A DNA stretch of 22,449 bases from an uncultured Rikenellaceae bacterium (GCA_910588925.1 CAJURV010000033.1:1-22449), one strand, 5' to 3'; positions 6,804 through 15,348 are shown, counted from the stretch's first letter. The notes: generated from the letters alone by a model not told the origin. Translations and numbers: made by a program.

Positions 6804-8975
6804 TTAATCCTTTATCTCCGTATATATGAGTTCCACATTATCGACAGTGAGTACATTGCCGATGTATTTGCTGTCTTTGTAGCCCTGAAATGCACCCGCA
6901 GAACCTTTCACTGGATTCACGGACGGGCTGGCAGAAGAGGACGACACGAAAGCTATCTTTATGTGCGTGGTTTTCAAGCGCCTATTATCATAATCGAACT
7001 TAAGTGTCACAGTTTTAAAGTCACCGGCAGGAGTCTTTGCCACATCGGTATCCACCTGCGCACGTCCCAACTCGTTGACCGTACCGTCGGCGGCCCTGTG
7101 CTCCACTATGGCGTATGCGTCGAAGCTCTCGCCGTTTATCTGTGCGAATTTATACGCGAACTTCATTCCCTCGGGACGCGACGGGAACTGACGACCCATG
7201 TTTTCGGTACGACCGGCCAAATCGTAATCGCCTATGAACAACATGCCCGGGGTTATATTTTTCTTTATGCCGTCGGCACCAAATGGGAATGTCGACCCTC
7301 TACCCCAGTTGACTGTGCTTATCTCAGCCGCAAGACCGCTGACACCCTGTGCCGAGCGCGTGCCGGAATATTGGCAATAATAATTCGCCGTACCGGATCT
7401 GTCGCTGGTCGTCAACGCATTGCGCGTATCCCAATATTTGCTTGACGGGTCGTTATAATCGTAAGGGAATACTTCGAATATCTCTATGTTCATACCCGAA
7501 TTTTTGCCGTAGCACATCTGCTCGCTCCACCTCTCGAAGCCGGCATCGGGCACCTGCGCCGCCGTCTCCGTGGTAATGTCGATAGGTTCGCCGAAAGTGT
7601 GACCGTTATAAGCCATTCTCACCCTATAAGAGGTGTTGGGCGCGAAACCCCACGATTTAAGATCGACTCTGTCGCCATCCTCGCTTACAGTACGGCTCTC
7701 GGACAGATCTTCCCATCTGCCGTTTCGGTATATCTGCGTGGAGAACTTGGCAGGATTGGCATCGGCGACGGTGGCCCCGGTCTCTATGTGGGTGGCCCAT
7801 GCGGCGCCCTCGAACGGAAGCCATTCGAACGTAGCCCCGTTGGTTTGAGCCGTGTACACGTCGCTATCTACGCTCTGCCCCAAACCGTCGGTAACCCTCA
7901 GAGAGAAAGCGTGTTCGCCCGCTTCGAGCAAGCCGAGTGTACCGCTCAGATCGACCGTGCCGGAGATATTGTCGGTCATGTCGTCCCATTTCAGAGAGTC
8001 GCGCCGAACTATATTTTTGGTCTGCGTATCTATAGTGAGCAGGTCGAATTCGGCAGGCCATCCGCGTCCGAGCAACGTGGGAGAGTTAACCTTGACTATG
8101 CACTCGCGTATCTGCCCCGGAGCGAATATACCGATGCGGGCATCGTGCGAGAAGCCGTCGGTGTAGGTCACCCTCTTGTCGGCGCCGAAACCTGTGGCCG
8201 TATAGACGGGCGCGGGCTTGGGCGTCATTAACTTGGGTATCTCGAAGACAAGCTCCTTGTCGTCGGTGGAGAGATCTTTGGTTATATCGAGCGAAAAAGA
8301 GCCGTTCTCGCTACGCAAAAAGAGCGTTATATGATCGCCCGGAGCCACATCCTTAATGGTGGGGGGAATATAGACCTTGTCCTCGCCGTCGGCATTGGTG
8401 TAAGAGATGCGGAAACGCACGTCGGCAGGGGGAGCGAATGCCGAACGCTCCTCGTCCGAAGCGAAAGTAAGACGCTGTTCGGAGGTGTAGAGCAAAACGC
8501 TGTAGTCGCTATGTGCAGACTTGAAATCGTCCTCGGCGACCACGGATATGCACACGTTACGGAGCTTTGCCGTGACGGTGACGGGCGTGACCTGTCCGGC
8601 CTTTATCTCCACCGGAGTCTCGCCGTAATAATAGGGTTTGGCAAAGCCTACTTTGGTAGAATCGCCGTAGAAAGCGACCACTTTATGGTTACCGCTACGC
8701 ACCTTGCCGTTACCGATAAGGTCGGAATAACGATTCCATTTCTTAATGAGCGTCTCGCCGGAATATACCAGAAGTCTGAAATTGCCGAGAGTGGTGCCCC
8801 ACGGGTCTATCGCCGCATTAAGATCGCTCACCTCCCCTGAAGAATAAGAGACCAGAGACAATCCTATCTCGCCGTCGAGACCCTCTTTCTCTTGACCGCC
8901 GTTCTCGAACTGACTGCATCCTGCAAAGACCAAGGCCAGAAACGACAGCGATATCAAAGTAAATTTTTTATCCAT
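6804..8975 (-). CDS. Large surface lipoprotein, first gene of operon (paralog 3): DUF4493-like N-domain + FN3-like + divergent PCMD-like C-domain
   Basis: 723 aa. N-terminus MDKKFTLISLSFLALVFAGCSQFENGG has a canonical lipobox followed by a polar/acidic stretch, typical of surface-exposed Bacteroidetes lipoproteins. The N-domain is homologous to those of the 416-aa and 700-aa ORFs. An FN3-like motif (TSYRVRMAYNGHTFGEPIDITT) is present. The C-terminus (RQFPSRPEGMKFAYKF…KTTHIKIAFVSSSSASP…GNVLTVDNVELIY) is a diverged PCMD-like domain. Confidence 0.75.
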   Translation of the reverse strand: MDKKFTLISLSFLALVFAGCSQFENGGQEKEGLDGEIGLSLVSYSSGEVSDLNAAIDPWGTTLGNFRLLVYSGETLIKKWNRYSDLIGNGKVRSGNHKVVAFYGDSTKVGFAKPYYYGETPVEIKAGQVTPVTVTAKLRNVCISVVAEDDFKSAHSDYSVLLYTSEQRLTFASDEERSAFAPPADVRFRISYTNADGEDKVYIPPTIKDVAPGDHITLFLRSENGSFSLDITKDLSTDDKELVFEIPKLMTPKPAPVYTATGFGADKRVTYTDGFSHDARIGIFAPGQIRECIVKVNSPTLLGRGWPAEFDLLTIDTQTKNIVRRDSLKWDDMTDNISGTVDLSGTLGLLEAGEHAFSLRVTDGLGQSVDSDVYTAQTNGATFEWLPFEGAAWATHIETGATVADANPAKFSTQIYRNGRWEDLSESRTVSEDGDRVDLKSWGFAPNTSYRVRMAYNGHTFGEPIDITTETAAQVPDAGFERWSEQMCYGKNSGMNIEIFEVFPYDYNDPSSKYWDTRNALTTSDRSGTANYYCQYSGTRSAQGVSGLAAEISTVNWGRGSTFPFGADGIKKNITPGMLFIGDYDLAGRTENMGRQFPSRPEGMKFAYKFAQINGESFDAYAIVEHRAADGTVNELGRAQVDTDVAKTPAGDFKTVTLKFDYDNRRLKTTHIKIAFVSSSSASPSVNPVKGSAGAFQGYKDSKYIGNVLTVDNVELIYTEIKD

Positions 8976-9314
8976 ATCACAACCCTTTCATACATTCGTG
9001 CGCCGTATCGAGCAAAGCGACGCATAAACTCTTTTTCAAGGAGCGAATGCTCTTTAGGTTATCTCATTCAGGCAGACGTGTACACACTGACTGCCAACTA
9101 CTTCGACACACCGCTATCACAACGGCGACACAGGTCGAAGCGATTTTCCACTAATAATGGAATTTGACAAATGTATAAACTTTTCCTTTCCGCACAAAAT
9201 TTTCAGCCTTTTTTCGACATCCGTACCCCGCCCCGGAAACATAACCGCAGAAGAATACCGACGAAAGAACGACCATTTTATTCGAATGAAAATGCAACTT
9301 GGGAGAAAATTTAT

Positions 9315-9322
9315 TACCTTTG
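9315..9322 (+). promoter_or_regulatory. Candidate Bacteroidetes sigma-A -7 element (TAccTTTG) upstream of aspA
   Basis: tacctttg matches the TAnnTTTG consensus about 85 nt upstream of the aspA ATG. I found no clean -33 TTTG. Approximate coordinates. Confidence 0.35.
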
Positions 9323-9407
9323 TAGGTGTTTACTTTTTAGTCCCGATGATCGGGATACCGCCACTAATGGCGATTACTCGGGAATCGATCATTAAATTAT
9401 TATAGTT

Positions 9408-10847
9408 ATGGCAATAACAGACCAGAAATTATCGGGTCAGACGAGAGTCGAACACGACCTGCTCGGCGACAAGAACATTCCCGTCGAATACTATTTCGGC
9501 GTACAGACCATGCGTGCCATGGAGAACTTCCACATCAGCCGCGTAAGGCTCAACATGTACCCCGTTTTCATCAAAGCGCTGGCTATGGTGAAACAGGCTG
9601 CAGCGGAAGCTAACTGCGAGCTCGGCATACTCAAGCCCGAAATACGCGACGCCATCGTGGCCGCTTGTAAAGAGGTGCGCGAAGGCAAGTTCGACGACCA
9701 TTTCGTAGTAGACATGGTACAAGGCGGCGCCGGCACATCTACCAACATGAATGCCAACGAGGTGATCGCCAACCGTGCCCTCGAGCTGATGGGCCACAAG
9801 AAAGGCGAATACAAATACTGCCATCCCAACAACCACGTCAACCTGTCGCAGTCTACGAATGACGCCTATCCCACATCGGTGCGCGTGGCTCTTCTCAACC
9901 GCACCCGCGACCTTGTCGACGCACTCAAGGTATTGGTAGAGGCATTCCGTGCCAAAGGCGAAGAGTTCGCCGATGTCATCAAGATGGGCCGCACTCAGAT
10001 GCAGGACGCAGTGCCCATGACCCTCGGACAGGAGTTCGGGGCATACGCTGCCACCCTGTCTGAAGAGATAGAACGCCTCGAGAACAACGTACGTCTGTTC
10101 CTCGAAGTAAACATGGGTGCCACTGCCATCGGTACCGGTATCAACTCCGATCCCGACTACACCCCCACCTGTATCAAATATCTATGCGAGATCACCGGCA
10201 TGCCTATGGTAGCCGCCGGCAACATGATCGAAGCGACCAACGATACCGGCGCGTTCATCATGTACTCATCGGCTGTCAAACGTCTGGCCGTCAAGCTATC
10301 TAAGATAAGCAACGACCTTCGCTTGCTCTCGTCAGGTCCTCGCACCGGTTTCAACGAGATCAACCTGCCTCCCATGCAACCCGGTTCTACCATCATGCCC
10401 GGCAAGGTCAACCCCGTCATACCCGAGGTAGTGAGCCAGATAGCATTCAAGGTGATAGGCAACGACCTCACGGTAACGATGGCGGTAGAGGCCGCACAGC
10501 TCGAGCTTAACGCTATGGAGCCCATCATTGTGCAGGCACTCTTCGAAAACATCGAAATGCTTATCAACGGCATGAACACACTCCGCGAAAGATGTATCGT
10601 AGGCATCACCGCCAACAAAGAGCGTTGCCGCCAAATGGTTTACAACAGCATAGGTTTGGTTACGGCTCTCAACCCCTACCTCGGTTACGAAGTATCTACC
10701 GAGCTGGCGAAAGAGGCCCTCGAAAACAATAAAGGCGTGTACGACCTGGTTCTCGAAAAAGGGCTCATGTCGAAAGAAGAACTCGACAACGTACTCCGCC
10801 CCGAGAACATGGTAAAACCCCGCAAGTTCATCGGCAAGAACGTTTAA
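9408..10847 (+). CDS. aspA: Aspartate ammonia-lyase (aspartase)
   Basis: 479 aa. This is a fumarase/aspartase-family protein with the GSTIMPGKVNP signature. It aligns along its whole length with E. coli AspA as I recall it (DLRLLSSGPRTGFNEINLP, FKVIGNDLTVTMA, GITANKERC, YNSIGLVTALNP). It is clearly closer to aspartase than to FumC. Confidence 0.9.
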   Translation: MAITDQKLSGQTRVEHDLLGDKNIPVEYYFGVQTMRAMENFHISRVRLNMYPVFIKALAMVKQAAAEANCELGILKPEIRDAIVAACKEVREGKFDDHFVVDMVQGGAGTSTNMNANEVIANRALELMGHKKGEYKYCHPNNHVNLSQSTNDAYPTSVRVALLNRTRDLVDALKVLVEAFRAKGEEFADVIKMGRTQMQDAVPMTLGQEFGAYAATLSEEIERLENNVRLFLEVNMGATAIGTGINSDPDYTPTCIKYLCEITGMPMVAAGNMIEATNDTGAFIMYSSAVKRLAVKLSKISNDLRLLSSGPRTGFNEINLPPMQPGSTIMPGKVNPVIPEVVSQIAFKVIGNDLTVTMAVEAAQLELNAMEPIIVQALFENIEMLINGMNTLRERCIVGITANKERCRQMVYNSIGLVTALNPYLGYEVSTELAKEALENNKGVYDLVLEKGLMSKEELDNVLRPENMVKPRKFIGKNV

Positions 10848-10863
10848 CATCTTTATACATATA

Positions 10864-10915
10864 AATATCGGAGGCTGCATCCTTAAAGAAGATGCAGCCT
10901 CCGATATTTATATGT
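10864..10915. terminator. Intrinsic terminator after aspA
   Basis: Perfect ~17-bp stem aatATCGGAGGCTGCATC / GATGCAGCCTCCGATatt with a 9-nt loop, followed by ttatatgtat, starting 17 nt after the aspA stop. Approximate coordinates. Confidence 0.75.
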
Positions 10916-11137
10916 ATATGGTTGTACCTCCCGGCAGCCACTTGGTGAAGGTGATTTGTCGAGTGGCAAAGTACCAGAAACAATGGACTTTCAGAAGTAC
11001 ACGATATGCAGTAAAGCAAAAAAAATAAAGATGAACACTTTAGTACATCATGCTACTAATTATATACATAATGCGACTCATGAAAATCTAATTATGTTAT
11101 AATTTCGAGACAAAAGGTTCGGCATTTACGCTACCGA

Positions 11138-11188
11138 CTGGCGAGACGATAAAAACACCTCACAACTTCCCAAAGCTATGCGCATTGA
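11138..11188 (+). repeat. Repeat unit I (copy a): CTGGCGAGACG…(C)TATGCGCATTGA
   Basis: A ~50-nt unit beginning CTGGCGAGACG(A/G)TAA and ending with the palindromic core ATGCGCAT plus a T(T/G)A flank. Copies occur at 89-138, 11138-11188, 11271-11320 and 22091-22140. Confidence 0.85.
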
Positions 11189-11270
11189 CTGAAACGCTCT
11201 CGCTCCGTATCAGGAGCGCAACACAAGACTTGCGCTTCTTTAGAAGTGCAAAGTATAGTACACAATTCCG

Positions 11271-11320
11271 CTGGCGAGACGATAAGATACTACAAAATAC
11301 ACTGAAAGTATGCGCATTAA
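11271..11320 (+). repeat. Repeat unit I (copy b)
   Basis: ctggcgagacgataagatactacaaaatacactgaaagtatgcgcattaa is about 85% identical to the copies at 89-138 and 22091-22140. Confidence 0.85.
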
Positions 11321-11549
11321 CAAATACATCCATGCGGCACGGGGTGCCGCTCCGCAATAACCTCCACGAATTAACAGAACAGAGGTTGGGAAACTCCCCG
11401 GCGAAACAAAAAAGACATCGGAGCTTAACGACATGCGCATTAACCGCAAGTCGCAGGCATGCTAGCCCGTGTACACAACTAAAGACCGCAGGGCGCCGAA
11501 GTTTTTTAGACCTCAAAAATCGTCGATCGCGGTCGTGTGCCTCGGAGCG
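11321..11549 (+). repeat. Repeat unit II (hairpin-rich ~230-nt module), unoccupied version
   Basis: Colinear with 22141-22449 at roughly 80% identity. Shared segments include catgcGGCACgggGTGCCgctccgc (7-bp hairpin), acatgcgcattaaccgcaagtcgcaggcatgc, gaccgcagggcgccgaa and tttttagacctcaaaaatcgtcgatcgcgg. This copy lacks the 67-nt insert present in the 22141-22449 copy. Confidence 0.8.
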
Positions 11550-12035
11550 TACTCGATGTACGTGAGGATGGCTCACGAACGGGATCGGCGATTTTTGTGG
11601 CTAAAAAGCGACGGAAACAGCCCCACGTTAACCGAACCTCGCGCACACAAACCGACAATTCATGCGTTCAGAGATCGCGTACTTCCTAAACTTCACTAAA
11701 ACTTCCTACACGTACGACCCGAACCTATAAAATCCCTAACGCGTCCCCGAAGGGGATGCACCTGCACGAGCAATACAAAAACGTCCCCAACAAAAACAAA
11801 CGGTACTAAAGCGGAAACGATATGAACTTCCAACTACACTAAACACAACTGCGAAAGACAAGGCACAGAAAGCAACCTAACAACGACCGACCAAAACGCC
11901 GTAAGGCGTACACGCCCGAGCGAAGTGAGGGGCATAAATACGAACAAGCAGATTCAAACACGCCGTAAGGCGTACTAATGTTAGCAAAAAGCCCGAGCGA
12001 AGCGAGAGCAATCAAACACAACTTCCGCCGTTAAA

Positions 12036-12320
12036 TCCCGAGGCACGAGGGATGAGCGGGCCGGAGCCTCCCCCAACGGAGGCCCGCTTATACGGTTGGT
12101 TATTTATAGTATTTATCGCCTTTTTATATAAAATCACTCTCTCGAATGTCACACTCGAGCGGTCCCCCGCATGCTCCGGCCCTTGTGACGCCGGGCAAGG
12201 TATCGCTAAAATCCATGTAAACCACATAATAATAGGAGTCGTGTCAATTCCATCCGGCGAAAAGTTCAGCTAATGCACATATCGTCAAGATAGAGAAAAT
12301 TCACCGCCCCGCAAACCGTC
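12036..12320 (+). repeat. Conserved ~300-nt stem-rich element, copy B
   Basis: See copy A. Same block order and orientation. A different AT-rich insertion lies between blocks 2 and 3. The element ends about 35 nt before the pgi terminator hairpin. Confidence 0.8.
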
Positions 12321-12352
12321 TGACGAAGACACGAAAGCCCTCATTCTCACCC

Positions 12353-12385
12353 AATAATAAAAAAGGGGGTACCTGCCCCCTATCC
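12353..12385 (-). terminator. Intrinsic terminator of the gpsA-pgi operon
   Basis: On the minus strand, GGGGGcaggtaCCCCC is followed by TTTTTTATTATT, immediately after the pgi stop codon. Confidence 0.75.
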
Positions 12386-12389
12386 TTAA

Positions 12390-13748
12390 CTACCTCCCGG
12401 CTATCCGTTTCTTGAGCTTCTCGCCCTCCTCCTCATAACCGGGCTTATTTAGAAGTGCGAACATATTCTTCTTATACTCCTCCACACCCGGCTGATCGAA
12501 CGGATTGACCTCGATAGCATAACCGCTGATGCCCACCGCTTTTTCGAACATATATATAAGCATACCTATGGTCTCGGCACTTATAGAATCCATCTCCACG
12601 GTTATGTTAGGCACTCCGCCGTCCACATGCGCGAGCATGGTACCCAACTCCGCCATACGGTTAACTTCGCTAAGACGTTTGCCTGCCAGGAAATTGAGCC
12701 CGTCGAGATTGGCCCTGTCGCTTTTTATGACGACGCGCCCCGCAGGTTTACCAACGCTTATGACCGTCTCGAACATTATACGTTCGCCCTGCTGTATGTA
12801 TTGCCCCATGGAGTGCAGGTCGGTGGTGAATACCGCGCTGTGGGGCATGATACCCTTGCCCTCCTTACCCTCGCTCTCACCGTAAAGTTGCTTCCACCAC
12901 TCGGCCATATACTGCAACTTGGGCTCGAACGCCACCAACAGCTCCACCTTCTTGCCCAACTTGGTATAGAGGGCATAACGGGCCGCCGCGTATTGCATTG
13001 CAGGATTATCCTCGAAAGGCACGTCTACAGCCGTAGCCTTCTCCATAGCCGCCGCACCTTTGACCAAACGGGCTATATCTATGCCCGCCACAGCGAGGGG
13101 AAGAAGCCCTACCGGAGTCAGAACGGAGAAACGTCCGCCCACATTGTCGGGAATAACGTAACTTTTATACCCCTCCTTGTCGCAAAGCGTACGCAACGCC
13201 CCGCGCGAACTGTCGGTCACAGCCATTATGCGCGAAGCGGCCTCCTTGCGTCCGTACCTCTTCTCAAGCTCCTCGCGCAACAGACGGAAAGCTATGGCCG
13301 GCTCGGTAGTAGTCCCCGACTTGGATATGACTATCAACGAAAACGACCGCTCCTTAATGAATGCGAGCAACTCGGCCATATAATCTTCGCTGATGTTATG
13401 TCCTGCGAAAAGCACCAACGGCTGACCCTCACTACTATCGAAGGCCGCAAACGTTGGGGTCAAAGCCTCCATTACGGCCTTGGCGCCGAGATAAGAGCCG
13501 CCTATGCCTATCACCACTACCACCTCCGAACAAGCACGCAAGGTATCGGCACACTCCATAATATCGGCGATCTGCTTCTTGCCTATCGACGAGGGAAGTG
13601 TCACCCAGCCGAGAAAATCGCTTCCCCTGCCGTCGCCTTTATGAACGGTACGATTGCATCGCTCCATAAGAGGAGCCAAAGCCGCTATGTCTTTTTTGGA
13701 CACGAATTGCGTGATTCTGTCTAACGATATTCTGACCTTTGTTATCAT
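12390..13748 (-). CDS. pgi: Glucose-6-phosphate isomerase
   Basis: 452 aa. It has the N-terminal architecture typical of Bacteroidetes Pgi (…[15 protein letters not shown]…) with a SIS domain and a PGI family fold. Length and motifs are typical. Confidence 0.85.
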   Translation of the reverse strand: MITKVRISLDRITQFVSKKDIAALAPLMERCNRTVHKGDGRGSDFLGWVTLPSSIGKKQIADIMECADTLRACSEVVVVIGIGGSYLGAKAVMEALTPTFAAFDSSEGQPLVLFAGHNISEDYMAELLAFIKERSFSLIVISKSGTTTEPAIAFRLLREELEKRYGRKEAASRIMAVTDSSRGALRTLCDKEGYKSYVIPDNVGGRFSVLTPVGLLPLAVAGIDIARLVKGAAAMEKATAVDVPFEDNPAMQYAAARYALYTKLGKKVELLVAFEPKLQYMAEWWKQLYGESEGKEGKGIMPHSAVFTTDLHSMGQYIQQGERIMFETVISVGKPAGRVVIKSDRANLDGLNFLAGKRLSEVNRMAELGTMLAHVDGGVPNITVEMDSISAETIGMLIYMFEKAVGISGYAIEVNPFDQPGVEEYKKNMFALLNKPGYEEEGEKLKKRIAGR

Positions 13749-13813
13749 AAGTTATGTTTTATTTATCGGATCGAGCCTGAAACCCAGTGCAAATATCGGG
13801 CCTACCCGACCAA

Positions 13814-14821
13814 TCACCTCAACTGCCCGGTGAGCGTCTTTATCTCCGCCGCCGCCGACCTCTTCATATACAGTATGCGATAGACGGTGTCGGCTATGGG
13901 CATGACCACCTTGCGCGACCTGTTGATCTGCTCTATGCAATACGATGCGTAATACCCCTCGGCCACCATGTTCATCTCTATCTGCGCGCTACGCACCGAA
14001 TAGCCTTTGCCTATCATCATACCGAAACTGCGGTTACGGCTGAACTGCGAATAGGAGGTCACCAACAGGTCGCCCAAATAGGCGGAGGTATTGGTATCGC
14101 GCTCCGACGGATAGGTGCTCTCGAGAAAATGGTTCATCTCTTTGGCCGCGTTGGCTATGAGCACGCTCTGGAAATTGTCGCCGTAACCCAGCCCGTGACA
14201 AATACCTACGGCTATGGCATATATGTTTTTAAGCACGGCGGCATACTCGGTGCCGTATATATCAGTGGCCGTGTTGGTATTTATGTATGGAGTGGAGAAC
14301 TTGCCGGCCAGCATGCGTGCGTTGTCCTCGCTCTTGCACACGAGATTGAGATACGACAGACGCTCGAGAGCCACCTCCTCGGCATGACAAGGCCCGGTGA
14401 TGATGCCTATACGGTCGAACGGCAGCCCGTAATGTTCATTGACATACTCGGCAACGGTGACATAACTGTCCGGAATTATACCCTTGATGGCCGAAAGCAC
14501 GAACTTATCCTCCAGCGACACGGTCAGGGGCTCGAGGGTCTTACCGAGGAATGCCGAGGGAGTGGCCAACACCACTATATCGGCCCACGAGACAATCTCG
14601 TTAACATCGCCCGATATATGCAACTTGCCGGTATCGAAATGTACACCGCTAAGATATTTGGGATTGTTGCCGTGCTCGAGTATATGACCGGCGACCTCGC
14701 CGTTACGTATATGCCAGCCCACGACAGGCTCGTTCTCCAACAACATCTTGACGAGCGCGGTAGCCCAACTTCCGTAACCTATCACCGCCACACGTGCGGA
14801 TTCGTCTATTCTGAAACTCAT
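13814..14821 (-). CDS. gpsA: NAD(P)H-dependent glycerol-3-phosphate dehydrogenase
   Basis: The N-terminal Rossmann motif VAVIGYGSWATAL and overall similarity to the GpsA family. The supplied track begins at a TTG at 14845 (MCAKKIIVM-). The first ATG, at 14821 (MSFRIDESARVAVIGYGSW), gives the canonical N-terminus. The gene lies 65 nt upstream of pgi on the same strand, so it is probably co-transcribed. Confidence 0.85.
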   Translation of the reverse strand: MSFRIDESARVAVIGYGSWATALVKMLLENEPVVGWHIRNGEVAGHILEHGNNPKYLSGVHFDTGKLHISGDVNEIVSWADIVVLATPSAFLGKTLEPLTVSLEDKFVLSAIKGIIPDSYVTVAEYVNEHYGLPFDRIGIITGPCHAEEVALERLSYLNLVCKSEDNARMLAGKFSTPYINTNTATDIYGTEYAAVLKNIYAIAVGICHGLGYGDNFQSVLIANAAKEMNHFLESTYPSERDTNTSAYLGDLLVTSYSQFSRNRSFGMMIGKGYSVRSAQIEMNMVAEGYYASYCIEQINRSRKVVMPIADTVYRILYMKRSAAAEIKTLTGQLR

Positions 14822-15142
14822 TACAATAATCTTTTTTGCACACAATGCTCTCGAACACAGGGATTATTAGCCCATGCTATCGGAAACACCGGATACATAC
14901 AACACGGACCGCGGGAAAGATCTTGCGAAAATATCGCAGGCCCCTCTACGCTAAACTATTCTCCCTACAAAACAGAAAGCCCCAAGGTCCGAATTGGTTT
15001 TAAAGATAGGTATTTTATTCCAAGCATGCAAATCGCCAGCTCCGGACGTTGCCTTTCCGACACTTTCGTATGAATAACCGCCTTATTTTCACAGACATCT
15101 CAACCACCGTAGACAAAGCCAGAGCACGATCGCTTTTGCGCT

Positions 15143-15307
15143 CGGCTTATTCGTATCTTTGGCTGTGCCTTAGATACTCCGCCTCGACAAACCCAAACAA
15201 GTTTGCTTTTGTATTCGGCTTATTCGTATCTTTGACTTCGTCTTAGATACTGCGCCTCAACAAACCCAAACAAGTTTGTTTTTGTATTCGGCTTATTCGT
15301 ATCTTTG
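15143..15307 (+). repeat. 2.3 tandem copies of a 73-bp repeat, each carrying TTTG…TATCTTTG promoter-like motifs
   Basis: The unit cggcttattcgTATCTTTG-(n)-cttagatact-cgcctc-acaaacccaaacaaGTTTGyttttgtatt occurs at 15143-15215, 15216-15288 and 15289-15307 (partial). Each unit carries a TAnnTTTG -7 motif about 21 nt downstream of a TTTG, which is the Bacteroidetes sigma-A architecture. It lies ~130 nt upstream of the hydrolase ATG. The first 13 nt (tgcgctcggctta) are shared with the small hairpin element family. Confidence 0.7.
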
Positions 15308-15348
15308 CACCTGCATGCAACGGAAAAACGTTCGCTTCGATGCAGATG

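Noticed and set aside
5899-6807. 302-aa + strand ORF
   Set aside because: It is antisense to the 416-aa lipoprotein gene. This is a shadow ORF.
9157-9405. Two small ORFs (82 and 74 aa) upstream of aspA
   Set aside because: They overlap each other in different frames inside the AT-rich divergent promoter region, and neither has a recognisable feature. This is more likely UTR and promoter DNA.
11160-11576. Two overlapping ORFs, one on each strand (138 aa on the - strand; 126 aa on the + strand at 11185-11565), across repeat units I/II
   Set aside because: They are mutually antisense and lie entirely within multi-copy repeat modules. The 'proteins' are Arg/Ser/Cys-rich with no start context. 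Equivalent copies at 22091 to the end and 89-460 do not preserve the frames.
11138-11580. Possible CRISPR array, because of the repeated ATGCGCATTAA-containing units
   Set aside because: The repeats are ~50 nt with irregular spacers of 80 and 0 nt. The spacers are themselves repeated elsewhere in the window. Only 2-3 units are present, and they are not direct, equal-period repeats. This is not CRISPR-like.
12036-12320. Possible housekeeping RNA (RNase P RNA, SRP RNA, tmRNA or 6S RNA) because of the stem-rich conserved blocks
   Set aside because: I could not find any of the universally conserved motifs of those RNAs. The element is present at least twice in 22 kb with different internal insertions, which fits a dispersed repeat family better than a single-copy essential RNA.
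12627-13724. 365-aa + strand ORF
   Set aside because: It is antisense to pgi, which has unambiguous family similarity.
13787-15073. 428-aa + strand ORF
   Set aside because: It is antisense to gpsA and runs into repeat DNA. Its composition is not protein-like.
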